A stretch of DNA of 64,000 nt from Alphaproteobacteria bacterium (GTDB taxonomy: Bacteria > Pseudomonadota > Alphaproteobacteria > UBA7887), in the NCBI GenBank assembly GCA_965216755.1, contig CBDCGL010000011.1, positions 1,664,001 through 1,728,000 on the forward strand. Direction: 5' to 3'. The notes beneath the pieces were generated by a model, which was not told where the DNA came from, did no database searches, and worked only from the letters and a program-made list of their open reading frames with translations. Within the stretch, counting starts at the first letter, position 1; each line of letters starts with the position of its first letter. The position numbers were made by a program, and so were the translations under genes. This document shows positions 1 through 10,465 of the stretch, one piece after another.

Positions 1-379
1 TTTGGCGCACCACGTCCTCGCCCAGGCCCATACGCTCGATAGCTCCGGGTCGATAGTTTTGAACAAGCACATCAGCGGTCGCCGCAAGTCGCTTGACAAT
101 ATCAAGCCCTGCGTCGGTTTTGATATCGACCGCCAGCGAGCGCTTACTGCGATTGCACGACAAGAACGACGTAGTCATGCCGTTATTAGGTATGCCGACA
201 TGGCGCATCAGTTCGCCGCGCGGTGGTTCGATCTTGATCACATCGGCGCCTTGATCAGCCAGCATCATGGTCGCGATGGGCCCCGACACCATGGTTGTCA
301 AATCTATAATTCGAAAACCATTCAGTGGCCCGTCGTCCGATCTCTTGTGGTCTTGGCTGTCTATGTCGTGCTGCTTCAT
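1..379 (-). CDS. CoA-transferase family III (CaiB/BaiF); 3' end runs off the window
   Basis: Not in the ORF track. Manual translation from ATG 379 gives GPLNGFRIIDLTTMVSGPIATMMLADQGADVIKIEPP...NRSKRSLAVDIK...ADVLVQNYRPGAIERMGLG, the typical family III N-terminus. Confidence 0.9.
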   Translation of the reverse strand, partial: MKQHDIDSQDHKRSDDGPLNGFRIIDLTTMVSGPIATMMLADQGADVIKIEPPRGELMRHVGIPNNGMTTSFLSCNRSKRSLAVDIKTDAGLDIVKRLAATADVLVQNYRPGAIERMGLGEDVVRQ

Positions 380-382
380 GCG

Positions 383-1060
383 TTAAGTCTCATGCTGGGT
401 GCCCTCTGGATCGTTGGCCAACATTGCGCGATGATAGGTCGGACGCTGCGCAACCATATCGCGATACAGCTGCCAGTCGGGTGGCAGAGTAATGTGATAG
501 GCGATCGCCCAATCTAGGCACGACATCATCAAAATGTCCGCGGTCGAGAAGTCGTTGCCCATCAGATAGCATCCTTGGCCCACCATACGCCCCGTCGCGG
601 CCGTCAACTGCTTTAGGAAATAAGCCTCGGCCGCGGCAACGGCGTTCGGCGCTTCGCCGTACACATCGACCAAATAGTGGTGCCGCCGCATCAAGTATAG
701 GCTGTTCGCGTCGAGTTCCATCAATACGAACGCCGTCCACTCGTTGACGCGTGCGCGCGTGACCGCGTCACGTGGCACCAAGAAACCCTCAGGCGGCGCG
801 AACACATCGGTGAGGTAACTGACTATTGCTGCACTTTCGGTCAAGGCCAATTCGCCATGTTGCAGCACGGGGACTTTTTGTGCCGGATTGAGGGCGCGAT
901 AAGCCTTACTTCGCGTCGCCGCAGATCGAGTCACAACGGGCTGACAGACGTAGTCGACACCAAGTTCAATTAGCGTCCAATGTACCCGCAATGTACGTGT
1001 CGAACGAACACCCCATACCGTGACCCTTTGGTTGGCTGAGTCAGCGGCGCCGGCAGTCAC
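383..1060 (-). CDS. Glutathione S-transferase family protein
   Basis: LNPAQKVPVL, LTESAAIVSYL and C-terminal FSTADI motifs. Confidence 0.9.
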   Translation of the reverse strand: MTAGAADSANQRVTVWGVRSTRTLRVHWTLIELGVDYVCQPVVTRSAATRSKAYRALNPAQKVPVLQHGELALTESAAIVSYLTDVFAPPEGFLVPRDAVTRARVNEWTAFVLMELDANSLYLMRRHHYLVDVYGEAPNAVAAAEAYFLKQLTAATGRMVGQGCYLMGNDFSTADILMMSCLDWAIAYHITLPPDWQLYRDMVAQRPTYHRAMLANDPEGTQHET

Positions 1061-1890
1061 GATGCGACCGCGCGATGAGCGCGCCTATCCGCTTCGATGT
1101 CTTGAGCGAGTTTTTCCAAATAGGGCCCAACGTCCGGTGCAAACGCCTCATGCGTGCACAGACGCTCATAGTGTGCCATGGCCCGCGCATAGGGCCCCAG
1201 TTGATCCGCATTCATGACGGGCGATAAATTCAGTTGTGCCAAGACACAGCTTTGCGCGCGCTCTCGGGAAAACAGAGTCAATTCGGCGACAAAGCAAATG
1301 TCGGCAAGCGATATGTCCGTGCCGACCAAGAACGCCTGATCGCCAGCGAGCGCCCGATCGATCCCGCTCATATATGTATGAAACGCCGCCTCGGCACGGC
1401 GATAGATTTCTATACTCGTGCTGTTATCTCGAAACGACAACAGGTAAATCTGGGCATCACGCGCAAAGATCAAGCTTGCGTCGAGAAAGCTATCGACCCG
1501 CGCACTGGAGTAAGCGTCGCTGCCACAAAGCGGATAGCGCGATTCACCCAGCCGCGCGACAGCCCGCGCAATGCTGTTGGATTCGAATATGCCGACCTTG
1601 CCGTCCGGGCTAAATGCAGCGGGCACAGTCCCAAACGGATGTGCCTCCAAGAAAGCTGCGGTCTTAAACAAACGCCCTTTGAAACCCGTCCGGGCGGCCT
1701 GGACAAGGTCGTCCGGCGACTGACGATCTTCGTCTGTTAATGGCCGCGCTTCAAAGTCCCACAACCAGCCTTGTAGCCTGGGGGGCTCATCGCCCCTTAT
1801 GTCGAGCACCACCCCGTTTAGCCGAGCCGCGATCGTTGCCTTCCAAATGCGTGGATTGGGCAGGTAAGAGAAGATTCGCAAATCGCTCAT
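1057..1890 (-). CDS. Atypical glutathione S-transferase-like protein with N-terminal insertion
   Basis: HPFGTVPA, IFESNSIARAV and FLVGTDISLADI motifs; overlaps the next GST by 4 nt. Confidence 0.8.
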   Translation of the reverse strand: MSDLRIFSYLPNPRIWKATIAARLNGVVLDIRGDEPPRLQGWLWDFEARPLTDEDRQSPDDLVQAARTGFKGRLFKTAAFLEAHPFGTVPAAFSPDGKVGIFESNSIARAVARLGESRYPLCGSDAYSSARVDSFLDASLIFARDAQIYLLSFRDNSTSIEIYRRAEAAFHTYMSGIDRALAGDQAFLVGTDISLADICFVAELTLFSRERAQSCVLAQLNLSPVMNADQLGPYARAMAHYERLCTHEAFAPDVGPYLEKLAQDIEADRRAHRAVAS

Positions 1891-2006
1891 GGTGCACCCC
1901 TTCCGTGGTCACAAGGTCGACTGAATGCTACAGGACAACATGCATTGGAACCAATTCGCCCAGCGCATGGCCACATTGCCCACTGTACGATGCAGTACGT
2001 CTAGGC

Positions 2007-3533
2007 TCAATTGCCGCGGGGCACGCGGAACATGAATACCAATGGGATCGACAGAATGGCGACGATTGTCATCAATTTGAAATCATTCAGGTAAGCGATC
2101 GTGGCGGCCTGGCGGGTGACTTCTTCGTTCAAAGCCAGCCTGCCAGCTGCGGTGTTCAATATCCAAAGGTCGGGAAGATACGGTGCCTGCGCCATCGGCG
2201 CGTACGGTGTCACATTGGCCGCGATCTCAGCATGATTGATCTGTGTGTACCGAGTCACAAGCGTCACCAATACGGAAATGGAAACGCTGCTGCCCAAATT
2301 GCGCATTAAATTGAATATTCCGGCGGCCTCGGTCCGAAATCGCATGGGCAGCGTGCTGTATCCAATCACGTTCAACGGTACATAAAAGAAACCGAGCCCA
2401 AGACCTTGGACGATCCCGGTCCACAGCACCGTCCACTGGGCAACATTTGTGTTGAAGCCGGTCATGTACCACATAGACCATGCGATGAGGACCAATCCAA
2501 AGACAATGAAAAAGCGCATATCGACCCGCCCGCTTGATTGGCTGACGATAAGCATTGCAATCATGGCACCGGCGCCACGCGGCCCCAAAACAAGGCCCAC
2601 GGTGACGACGGGATAGTCCATCAGGTGCTGGAGGAATGGCGGCAGCAAGACCAAACCGGTCAACAGCAAGGCACCAAACAGAAAAACCAAAATCAGCGCG
2701 GCAACAAAATTCCGATCGCCGAAAATGTGAGGGTCGAGAAACGGCTTTCGCGTTGCCGTCGCCGTGTGGACAATGAACATGTACAGCCCAACCGCAGCGA
2801 TACCTGCTTCGATTATGATCTCAGTTGATTCAAACCAAGCATTCAGCTCGCCACGGTCAAGCATTAATTGGAAGGCGCCTATCGCAAGCCCCAGCAACGC
2901 AAATCCAAACCAGTCAAATCTGCGCTCGCGATCCAACCGGGTCTCGGAGACAAATAACAGAATTCCGATCAATGCCAATATGCCGATCGGTAGATTGATA
3001 AAAAACACCCAGTGCCAAGTGAATTCCTCAGTCAGATAGCCACCTAAGGTTGGCCCGAGAATGGGCCCGATCATCACACCGACACCCCAAATGCCCATGG
3101 CTTTGCCATGCTCGGCCATGGGATAGCTGTCGAGCATGGTGGCTTGAGAGAGCGGGATCAAGAACGCGCCAAACGCACCCTGGAGAATGCGGTATGTGAC
3201 CATTTCAGCCAGGGATTCAGCAATTCCACACAACATGGATGTGATCGTGAACCCGGAAACCGCAATGATAAAAAGCCGCTTGCGTCCAAAGCGGCCGGCC
3301 AAGAACCCCGTCGGTGGCATCATGATTGCCGCCGTCACGATGTAGGACGTCAAGACCCAGGCGATCTGATCTTGCGTGGTTGACAGCGACCCTTGCATGT
3401 TGGGCAGCGCGACATTGGCGATAGTCATGTCCACCGCCTGCATGATCGTCGCTGCCATGACCGAGACGGTGATGAACACGCGCCGCAGCCCGGTCGGCAT
3501 TTCGTGGTGGCCGGTTAGTGTCGTGTCGGCCAT
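2007..3533 (-). CDS. emrB: DHA2/EmrB-QacA MFS efflux permease
   Basis: About 14 hydrophobic segments; DMTIANVALP, WVLTSY, GRFGRKR and GPILGPTLGG motifs. Confidence 0.9.
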   Translation of the reverse strand: MADTTLTGHHEMPTGLRRVFITVSVMAATIMQAVDMTIANVALPNMQGSLSTTQDQIAWVLTSYIVTAAIMMPPTGFLAGRFGRKRLFIIAVSGFTITSMLCGIAESLAEMVTYRILQGAFGAFLIPLSQATMLDSYPMAEHGKAMGIWGVGVMIGPILGPTLGGYLTEEFTWHWVFFINLPIGILALIGILLFVSETRLDRERRFDWFGFALLGLAIGAFQLMLDRGELNAWFESTEIIIEAGIAAVGLYMFIVHTATATRKPFLDPHIFGDRNFVAALILVFLFGALLLTGLVLLPPFLQHLMDYPVVTVGLVLGPRGAGAMIAMLIVSQSSGRVDMRFFIVFGLVLIAWSMWYMTGFNTNVAQWTVLWTGIVQGLGLGFFYVPLNVIGYSTLPMRFRTEAAGIFNLMRNLGSSVSISVLVTLVTRYTQINHAEIAANVTPYAPMAQAPYLPDLWILNTAAGRLALNEEVTRQAATIAYLNDFKLMTIVAILSIPLVFMFRVPRGN

Positions 3534-3566
3534 TTCAGCCCCAACCGGGCACGGTCTCCCGGCACT

Positions 3567-4730
3567 CTACGGCCGCAGCCAACCAAACAATGGCTCCAGC
3601 AGGCCGGGCAATCGGCGTTCGTGGCTGGTATCGATTGAGACAGTTGCGCTCATGCCGATCCGCAAGGGCGGGTCGTCCGGGCGCCGGTCAATTCGCAAGC
3701 GTACCGGTACCCGCTGAACGACTTTCACCCAATTTCCGGTCGCGTTTTGCGGCGGCAACAATGAAAACTCCGCCCCGGTTGCCGGGCTGAAGCTCACAAC
3801 TTTGGCGTTCCATTCGTGATCCGGGTAGGAATCGACGCGGATAGTCGCCGGTTGGCCGATCGCGACATGGGTGAGATCGCGCTCCTTCAGATTGGCTTCG
3901 AACCACAAATCTCCTGTTTCGACCAAACTGATGACCGGTTTGCCAGTTTCGACATAGCTTCCCGGTCGGAGATCGACGCGGCCAATGATACCGTCTGCGG
4001 GCGCCCGCACCACTGTGTTGCGCAGGTCCAGCGCCGCTTTATCGCGCCGCGATCGCGCATTGATAAATCGCGCGAACTTTTCGTCGGGCGTGTTGGGATC
4101 ACCGCCCAGCTTGGCCAGCACTTCACCCAATGCTTTCTCTCGGACAGCGATTTCCTGAATGGCCATGTCCATGTCATGGCGCGCTTGGTCGACCTTGATG
4201 CCGGAGGTGACATTGCGCTCCGCCAGTTCGGCCTGTCGGCGAAACTCTTGCTCGTAAAAAAGTGCGTCGGTTTCGGCCAGCGTGACTTGCTCGCGCAAAC
4301 TCTGATAGTTCGCGCGCAAAACGGCAATTTCCGTGCGGACCATGGTCAGTTGCGCATCAGCTTCGGACAGCGCGATCCCAAAAGATTCATCGTCGATACG
4401 AAATAGAATATCGCCCGCCAACACAGTGTCGTTGGTACTGACCAGAACGTCGGTGACGCGACCGTCCACCTCTGGGCCCACCGCGACCTTGTCCGCGCGA
4501 ACATAGGCATTGTCGGTCTTGACGTAGCGGCCGCCGGTCATCCAATAGTAACCACCGACCAGAACGACCAGCAGCGGGACAACAACCAACAAAATCCCAC
4601 GCATCATGCCCCGCGCCCATCGTCGTAGCCGAGATGGTCGGACCGGTTCCGGCGGCTCGGCAGTCGGTATGGGCGTCAGCGGTACTTTGGGCCGATCACC
4701 CGGCATCTCCGCGGTCGCCGGTTCAGCCAT
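3567..4730 (-). CDS. emrA: HlyD/EmrA membrane fusion protein
   Basis: Single TM; TDNAYV and FSLLPPQNATGNWVKVVQRVPV signatures; directly upstream of emrB. Confidence 0.92.
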   Translation of the reverse strand: MAEPATAEMPGDRPKVPLTPIPTAEPPEPVRPSRLRRWARGMMRGILLVVVPLLVVLVGGYYWMTGGRYVKTDNAYVRADKVAVGPEVDGRVTDVLVSTNDTVLAGDILFRIDDESFGIALSEADAQLTMVRTEIAVLRANYQSLREQVTLAETDALFYEQEFRRQAELAERNVTSGIKVDQARHDMDMAIQEIAVREKALGEVLAKLGGDPNTPDEKFARFINARSRRDKAALDLRNTVVRAPADGIIGRVDLRPGSYVETGKPVISLVETGDLWFEANLKERDLTHVAIGQPATIRVDSYPDHEWNAKVVSFSPATGAEFSLLPPQNATGNWVKVVQRVPVRLRIDRRPDDPPLRIGMSATVSIDTSHERRLPGLLEPLFGWLRP

Positions 4731-5009
4731 GCTTTGGATCCCGTTGAATCAATGCGACTACATATGCTTCTCAAAATGGCGTGCCCGTGTGGCCATGGCG
4801 AGCCACAAAGCACACGATCCAGCACCAATCGACAATTCAGGTGCTTACCACAGTTCAATCGGTTGTTTGAGTCGGATCAATGCAGGGGAGCAATGCCCCG
4901 GCGGCGCGTCTGGCCCCAATGCCTGATACCAATTCTCATTGCGGCGCGCCAAACGGTCAATCGCGGGCGACCGCGCGTAGACCGCGGTCAACCCTATCGG
5001 ATCAATGAC

Positions 5010-7133
5010 TTACGTTGCCGACGGCTGGATCTCTACGAGCATATCGGAAAACGTCGGGGCGTGACCGTAATCCGCGAAAGCTGGCGGATTGATCGCATTG
5101 ACCGTGCGGCCGTTACGACTGTTCTTCGCCCAGTAACCCATCGGGGCAACAACGACGCCAGGTCTGGCATCATCGGATACTCGTGCGACTGCCTCGAATG
5201 CGCCACGATCGTTGAAAACCCTGACGAAATCGCCATCCGCGATGCCGCGCGGCCCAGCATCGGCGCCATTGATCATGATCATTTGTTCTCCGGCATGGTG
5301 CAACTGGGCGTCGAGGTTGCCATAGGACGAGTTGAGAAATGCATGGCTCTTTGGCGACAACATATTGAGCGGGTAGCGCGCGGCGAGATCCGGATTGGTC
5401 TCGGTGGCCTCGTTTTGGGGGATGAAATTGGGCAGCGGATCAATGGCTTTGCCCGATTGATCACCCGGATAGCCCTGCCGAAACAGCGGCAGCACCATGT
5501 CTCCACCCGCAGCCATGGACGACTTGAACTCCACCTTCCCCGACGGTGTCGGAAAATTGCCTTCACGATGCGGCACGAACTCGTCGGGCGACCCTACGTT
5601 CAGGCGCGCCCAACCCGTTTTGCGCAGGCTGTTGAGATCAATCCCCTGCAACACCGGATTGCTCCAATCCAGCGAGTCCATGATCATCTCTTCGTCGGTC
5701 CGGTCCCAATAGGGATCGTTAAACCCCATGGTGCGCGCCAAACGGCGAAATAGTTCGGTATTGGGCACGGACTCGCCCAAAGGCGGTATCGCCGGCTCGT
5801 TGAGGATCAAATAAAGATGCCCCCACGAGAACATCACATCGAATTGCTCCAATTGTGTCGTGGCCGGCAAAACAAGATCGGCATAAAGGGCGGTGTCGGT
5901 CAGAAAATGCTCGCTGACCACCGTAAACAAGTCTTCGCGTTTGAGGCCCTGCTCGATTTTTGCCTGTTCGGGCGCCACGACAACCGGATTCGAGTTGTAG
6001 ACGAACAAGGACTTGATCGTTTGGTCCAGTTCGCTCGCCAGAGCCGGCCCGATGCGCCATTGGTTGATCACGGGTGTCCCCGGCTTGATCCAATCAGGTC
6101 GGCTAAGACCGTCCCAATTCATTGGGAAGGCCCAAATCGGCATATGCAAAATTCCGCCGCCGCAATGGCGCCACGATCCCACCAACGCCGGCAGGCCGGC
6201 CATGGCGCGCACCGCGTTGCCGCCGCTGGCGCTGCGCTCGATCGCGACCCCCATGCGGATGACCGATGGTTGGGTCGTTGCGAATTCTCGCGCCAACGTT
6301 CGTATGTCATCTGCCGGAATGCCGGTGATCGCAGCCACGCGTTCAGGCGGAAACTCGGCCGCGCGAGGTTTGAGTTCATCAAAGCCGACTGTGTATTTCT
6401 CCACATAGTCGTGGTCGACCAGATCTTCCGCGATGATCACATTCATCATGCCAAGCGCGAGTGCCGCATCGGTGCCCGGCCGGATCGGAATGTGCCAATC
6501 AGCCTGCTTGGCCGTGCGTGTCGCAACCGGATCGATCACGACCACTTTCGCGCCATTCCTTTGCGCTTCGGCAATAAACGGCCAGTGATGGAGATTGTTG
6601 CTGATCGTGTTGATCGCCCACAGGACGATATATTTCGAGTGCACGAAACTTTCCGGATCGACGGCCGCCGTCGGACCGCAGGTCATGAAGAAGGCCGTGA
6701 TGGCAGCAGAATCACAGAATGTACGCTCGGCGATGGACGCGCCCAACTTGTTGAAAAACGCATCGCCGGCGTTCAAACCGTTGAGAATGCCTTCCGTGCC
6801 AAGATAGCTATAGGGCAAGATCGCCGCGGGACCGTCTTGGTCAATGATATCCGTCCACCGTGTCTTGATTTCCGCAAGCGCATCATCCCAGCTGACGCGC
6901 GCGAATTTGCCTTCGCCTTTTGCGCCGGTTCGTTTCAGCGGATGAAGGACTCGGTTGGGGCTATAGACCCGGTCCTGATAGTTGTTCACCTTGACGCAAA
7001 GTCCCCCACGGGTGAATGGGTGGTCGGGATTGCCGCAGACCTCCACGGCTTTGCCCTCCTTGACTGTCGTCAGCATCGCGCAAGTATCGGGACAATCGTG
7101 GGGACACGCACCAAATACGACCTTTTCCGTCAT
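5010..7133 (-). CDS. Molybdopterin (bis-MGD) oxidoreductase, cytoplasmic, substrate unknown
   Basis: CPHDCPDTC...GGLCVK Fe-S motif; PGTDAALA, ADLVLPATT and molydopterin-binding C-terminal domain; start placed at ATG 7133 after a GGAGAG RBS; no Tat signal. Confidence 0.88.
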   Translation of the reverse strand: MTEKVVFGACPHDCPDTCAMLTTVKEGKAVEVCGNPDHPFTRGGLCVKVNNYQDRVYSPNRVLHPLKRTGAKGEGKFARVSWDDALAEIKTRWTDIIDQDGPAAILPYSYLGTEGILNGLNAGDAFFNKLGASIAERTFCDSAAITAFFMTCGPTAAVDPESFVHSKYIVLWAINTISNNLHHWPFIAEAQRNGAKVVVIDPVATRTAKQADWHIPIRPGTDAALALGMMNVIIAEDLVDHDYVEKYTVGFDELKPRAAEFPPERVAAITGIPADDIRTLAREFATTQPSVIRMGVAIERSASGGNAVRAMAGLPALVGSWRHCGGGILHMPIWAFPMNWDGLSRPDWIKPGTPVINQWRIGPALASELDQTIKSLFVYNSNPVVVAPEQAKIEQGLKREDLFTVVSEHFLTDTALYADLVLPATTQLEQFDVMFSWGHLYLILNEPAIPPLGESVPNTELFRRLARTMGFNDPYWDRTDEEMIMDSLDWSNPVLQGIDLNSLRKTGWARLNVGSPDEFVPHREGNFPTPSGKVEFKSSMAAGGDMVLPLFRQGYPGDQSGKAIDPLPNFIPQNEATETNPDLAARYPLNMLSPKSHAFLNSSYGNLDAQLHHAGEQMIMINGADAGPRGIADGDFVRVFNDRGAFEAVARVSDDARPGVVVAPMGYWAKNSRNGRTVNAINPPAFADYGHAPTFSDMLVEIQPSAT

Positions 7134-7423
7134 CTCTCCCTCGCCTTTTCTTCCTGCGCCGACCGCGTCGCTTTCGTCGTCGGTACGGTTCATGATCTCG
7201 GGCCGTCCTCGGCCCTTATTTGGGATTCTGCCGGCCGACTGCCCGTCGTGTCTTTCACGCCCTTGCCGTGACTTTGCCAATTCTTGCGCGTTCGTAATCG
7301 GGCTCGCTGGTCCGTCCACCAGCCTGTTACAAAGGGTTTCGCGCGATCGCTGGGATGCAATTTTGTGCGCTGGATTATTTCGCGCTAAGCTTGCCGCATT
7401 CGACGTCCAAGGAGTGACAACAC

Positions 7424-8320
7424 GTGGCCCACATCATCGGTCACGGCAATGCGAAATATACGACCGGGACGCGACTCGCGACCAGCCGCGACCGCAATTG
7501 GCGCGGCGTGCTCGCCGAGCTTTGGCGACATGAAGAAGGCGATTTGGGAGAGGTCGAACCGCGCGACACGGAGATCATAGTGCTGATGGAGGGGCATGCG
7601 CGTACCCGTCGCCGTGGCGACGGCCGCCTGCAATATCACGACGCCAAGCCCGGAACGGTCTGGCTTTGCCCCGCCGGCATTCGCGAAGACATGATCCACA
7701 TTTATGGCCACATGCCCGAATGCTTGCACATGTATATTCCCGCGACCCCCCTTTCGCTCTCGGCCTTGGAAGAACTCAACCTCGATCCGGATAAAGTTGG
7801 CCTGCAATATGACGGCGGTTTTCATGACCCGCTAATCGAGCAAATCGGCCGCTCGATCCGTGGCGAATTGGTGCAGTCTGGTGTGGCGGACCGGCTTTTG
7901 GTGGAAACGCTGGCAACTGCCTTGGCCGTACAGATCCTGCGACAGCATTCCGGTCGCGCGCCAACATCGATGGCCTTGGCGCGGGCGCCGGGCGCCCTCG
8001 ACGCGCGCCGACTTGAAAAAATTCGCGATTATGTGGAGGCGCACTTGGAAAGCGACTTGGCATTGGACGAAATGGCGCGCCAAGTTTGCTTGAGTCCGTA
8101 CCATTTCGCACGCGCGTTTCGAGCCGCGACCGGCGTTCCGCCCCATCGCTACGTGATCACACAACGTATTGAGCGTGCAAAATATCTGCTCACCCAGAAA
8201 AGCTTGACCCTGGCGGACATCAGTTTGGCCTGCGGCTTTTCATCTCAAGCGCATTTCACGACGACTTTCAAGGCCGTTACTGGCACGACGCCGGGCGCGT
8301 ATCGCGCGTTAGTTGGCTGA
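7424..8320 (+). CDS. AraC family transcriptional regulator
   Basis: C-terminal LSPYHFARAF...ACGFSSQAHFTTTFK...GTTPGAYR; AAGGAG RBS; divergent from the molybdo-enzyme. Confidence 0.93.
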   Translation: MAHIIGHGNAKYTTGTRLATSRDRNWRGVLAELWRHEEGDLGEVEPRDTEIIVLMEGHARTRRRGDGRLQYHDAKPGTVWLCPAGIREDMIHIYGHMPECLHMYIPATPLSLSALEELNLDPDKVGLQYDGGFHDPLIEQIGRSIRGELVQSGVADRLLVETLATALAVQILRQHSGRAPTSMALARAPGALDARRLEKIRDYVEAHLESDLALDEMARQVCLSPYHFARAFRAATGVPPHRYVITQRIERAKYLLTQKSLTLADISLACGFSSQAHFTTTFKAVTGTTPGAYRALVG

Positions 8321-8465
8321 GCCGTTTCGTTCACATTTCGCGGCGCGGCACAAATAGCATTTGCAATTCCCGGTCGATCGTATACCGTCAAATATGTGTA
8401 AGTATATTCTTACATTTTAGATGAACCCGCAAAACTGCAACAACGTACTCGGCAAGGAGGCAAGC

Positions 8466-8915
8466 ATGGGGTCGATTCCCGAAGGTTTTCACACTTTGAC
8501 ACCACATCTTTTCATCGACGGCGCCGGTGACGCCCTTGCCTATTACGAAAAGACGCTCGGTGCACAAACCGCCATGCGCATGGACATGCCAGGTACAAAC
8601 AAGGTCATGCATGCCATGATGCAAGTCGGCACATCGCGGATCTTTATTGCCGATCCAAACCCGGAATGGGGTCAGGAAGGTGCGTCGGGGCAATCGGCGA
8701 TCAGTTTTTATGTCTATGTCGACGATGCCGACGCCGCCTTCAAGCAAGCCGTTAATGGAGGCATGGCATCGAAATCTGAGCCCGAAGACATGTTTTGGGG
8801 CGATCGGACCGGCGTCGCCGTCGACCGCTATGGCATTTCGTGGACCTTCGCAACACACGTCCGCGACGTGCCAATGGAAGAGATGGCCGAAGCCATGAAA
8901 GCGATGGCCGGCTAA
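8466..8915 (+). CDS. VOC/glyoxalase (PhnB-like) family protein
   Basis: IPEGFHTLTPHL and DMFWGDRTGVAVDRYGISW motifs; AAGGAGG RBS before ATG 8466. Confidence 0.88.
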   Translation: MGSIPEGFHTLTPHLFIDGAGDALAYYEKTLGAQTAMRMDMPGTNKVMHAMMQVGTSRIFIADPNPEWGQEGASGQSAISFYVYVDDADAAFKQAVNGGMASKSEPEDMFWGDRTGVAVDRYGISWTFATHVRDVPMEEMAEAMKAMAG

Positions 8916-8949
8916 GTCATCACATATCCCGTTGCCAAATGAGGTTCAT

Positions 8950-9570
8950 ATGGCTCTTGAGATCATGGGGATTCCCCAGTCCAACACCACGCGCGCCGTA
9001 CGCATGGCGGCGCTGGAAAAAGGCGCCGCATTCGAATTCGTCATCGTCGCGCCACAATCGCCCGAAGCGCGCGAGTTCAACCCGCTCGGAAAGGTCCCGA
9101 TCATGCGGCATGACGGATTCATTTTGTGGGAGTCAGCCGCCATCGCCCGATATATCGACGCGACCTTTGACGGACCGCCTTTGATGCCATCGGATCCGCG
9201 TCAAGCCGCCGTTATCGAGCAATGGATCTCTATGATCACGACCGCTCTCGATATCGTGCTGGTGCGCAACTACGTGCTCGAATATCTGTTCAACAAAGAT
9301 GACGACGGCAATGTCGTCCGCGATTTGATCGACCGCAGCGTCAAGAAGTTCCCGATCCTGTTTGGCGCCATCGATAAAGCCGTCGCTGGCGGCTTCGTCG
9401 GCGGATCCGCCTTTACCCTCGGCGACTGCCATCTGGCACCGACCCTGGGAATCGCGCCACGTTTTCCGGAAAGCGGCGAGGAATTCGGAAAATACCCGGC
9501 GCTCGCCGACTACATGGCGCGGATCGGCGAACGCGCGAGCTTCAAGGACACGGCGCCGCCACCCTCTTGA
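8950..9570 (+). CDS. Glutathione S-transferase family protein
   Basis: NPLGKVPIM, LWESAAIARYI and FTLGDCHL motifs. Confidence 0.9.
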   Translation: MALEIMGIPQSNTTRAVRMAALEKGAAFEFVIVAPQSPEAREFNPLGKVPIMRHDGFILWESAAIARYIDATFDGPPLMPSDPRQAAVIEQWISMITTALDIVLVRNYVLEYLFNKDDDGNVVRDLIDRSVKKFPILFGAIDKAVAGGFVGGSAFTLGDCHLAPTLGIAPRFPESGEEFGKYPALADYMARIGERASFKDTAPPPS

Positions 9571-9703
9571 TACGATAGCTGGCGTCGCTCCGGCGGCGCC
9601 GGCCGTTTCGGTTCGCAGGTCACCCTTGCCGCGGGCGCCGAGGTCGATGCGCATGAGATCGTGTAGCATCGGACCTTGGAATAGAGGGGGGGGCAAGACG
9701 ACT

Positions 9704-10435
9704 ATGGCCAACTCGATCGCGGTCCTTGGTGTGGGTGCCAGGAACGGGCTAGGCGCCGGCATTGCACGGCGATTCGCACAAGGCGGCTTCACCGCGTTTG
9801 TCGGCGGGCGGAATAGAGCCCGGCTGGAGACCGTCGCCGCCGAGATCGCCGATGAAACGGGTCAAAACGTTGTGGCCATACCGGTCGACGTGACCGACCG
9901 TGCTCAGGTGGTCGCATTTCTCGACCAGGTCGAGGCGGCAACCGGCGTACCCGACGTGATCTCTTACAATGCCGGCAACAATCGCCACATCCCGCTCTTG
10001 GAAACCGAGCCCGACACGTTCGAAGAGTTTTGGCGCGTGTGTTGCTATGGTGGTTTTCTGGTCGGTCAGGAAGCCGCGCGCCGGATGTTGCCGCGTGGGA
10101 CCGGAACCATTCTGTTCACGGGGGCGTCGGCAAGCCGTCGCGGACGCCCGGGATTCGCACACTTCGCCGCCGGCAAGGCGGGGCTCAAATCCATCGCCGA
10201 AGCCATGGCGCGTGAATTTGGGCCCCAGGGGCTGCACATCGCCCATGTTATTGTCGACGGCGGCATCAATGGCGAACTGCTGCGCAGTCGCCGCCCCGAC
10301 ATCGCCGCGCAACGCGGCGAAGATGGCCTGATCACTATCGACGGCATTGCCGAGACATTTTGGCAGCTACATAATCAGGACAAGACCGCGTGGACCTTCG
10401 AAACCGAACTCAGACCTTACAAAGAGGCGTTTTGA
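9704..10435 (+). CDS. SDR family oxidoreductase (Phe at the catalytic Tyr position)
   Basis: GVGARNGLG Rossmann motif, YNAG, FAAGK, HVIVDG. Confidence 0.88.
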   Translation: MANSIAVLGVGARNGLGAGIARRFAQGGFTAFVGGRNRARLETVAAEIADETGQNVVAIPVDVTDRAQVVAFLDQVEAATGVPDVISYNAGNNRHIPLLETEPDTFEEFWRVCCYGGFLVGQEAARRMLPRGTGTILFTGASASRRGRPGFAHFAAGKAGLKSIAEAMAREFGPQGLHIAHVIVDGGINGELLRSRRPDIAAQRGEDGLITIDGIAETFWQLHNQDKTAWTFETELRPYKEAF

Positions 10436-10465
10436 GCCACGTCTGATCGCGCCGAACTCTCCTCA

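Noticed and set aside
2-517. Plus-strand 171-aa ORF
   Set aside because: Antisense shadow of the minus-strand CoA-transferase
4734-7271. Long plus-strand ORFs (339 and 484 aa), and similar ones at 21181-22299 and 12393-13502
   Set aside because: Antisense shadows of well-supported genes, with no motifs
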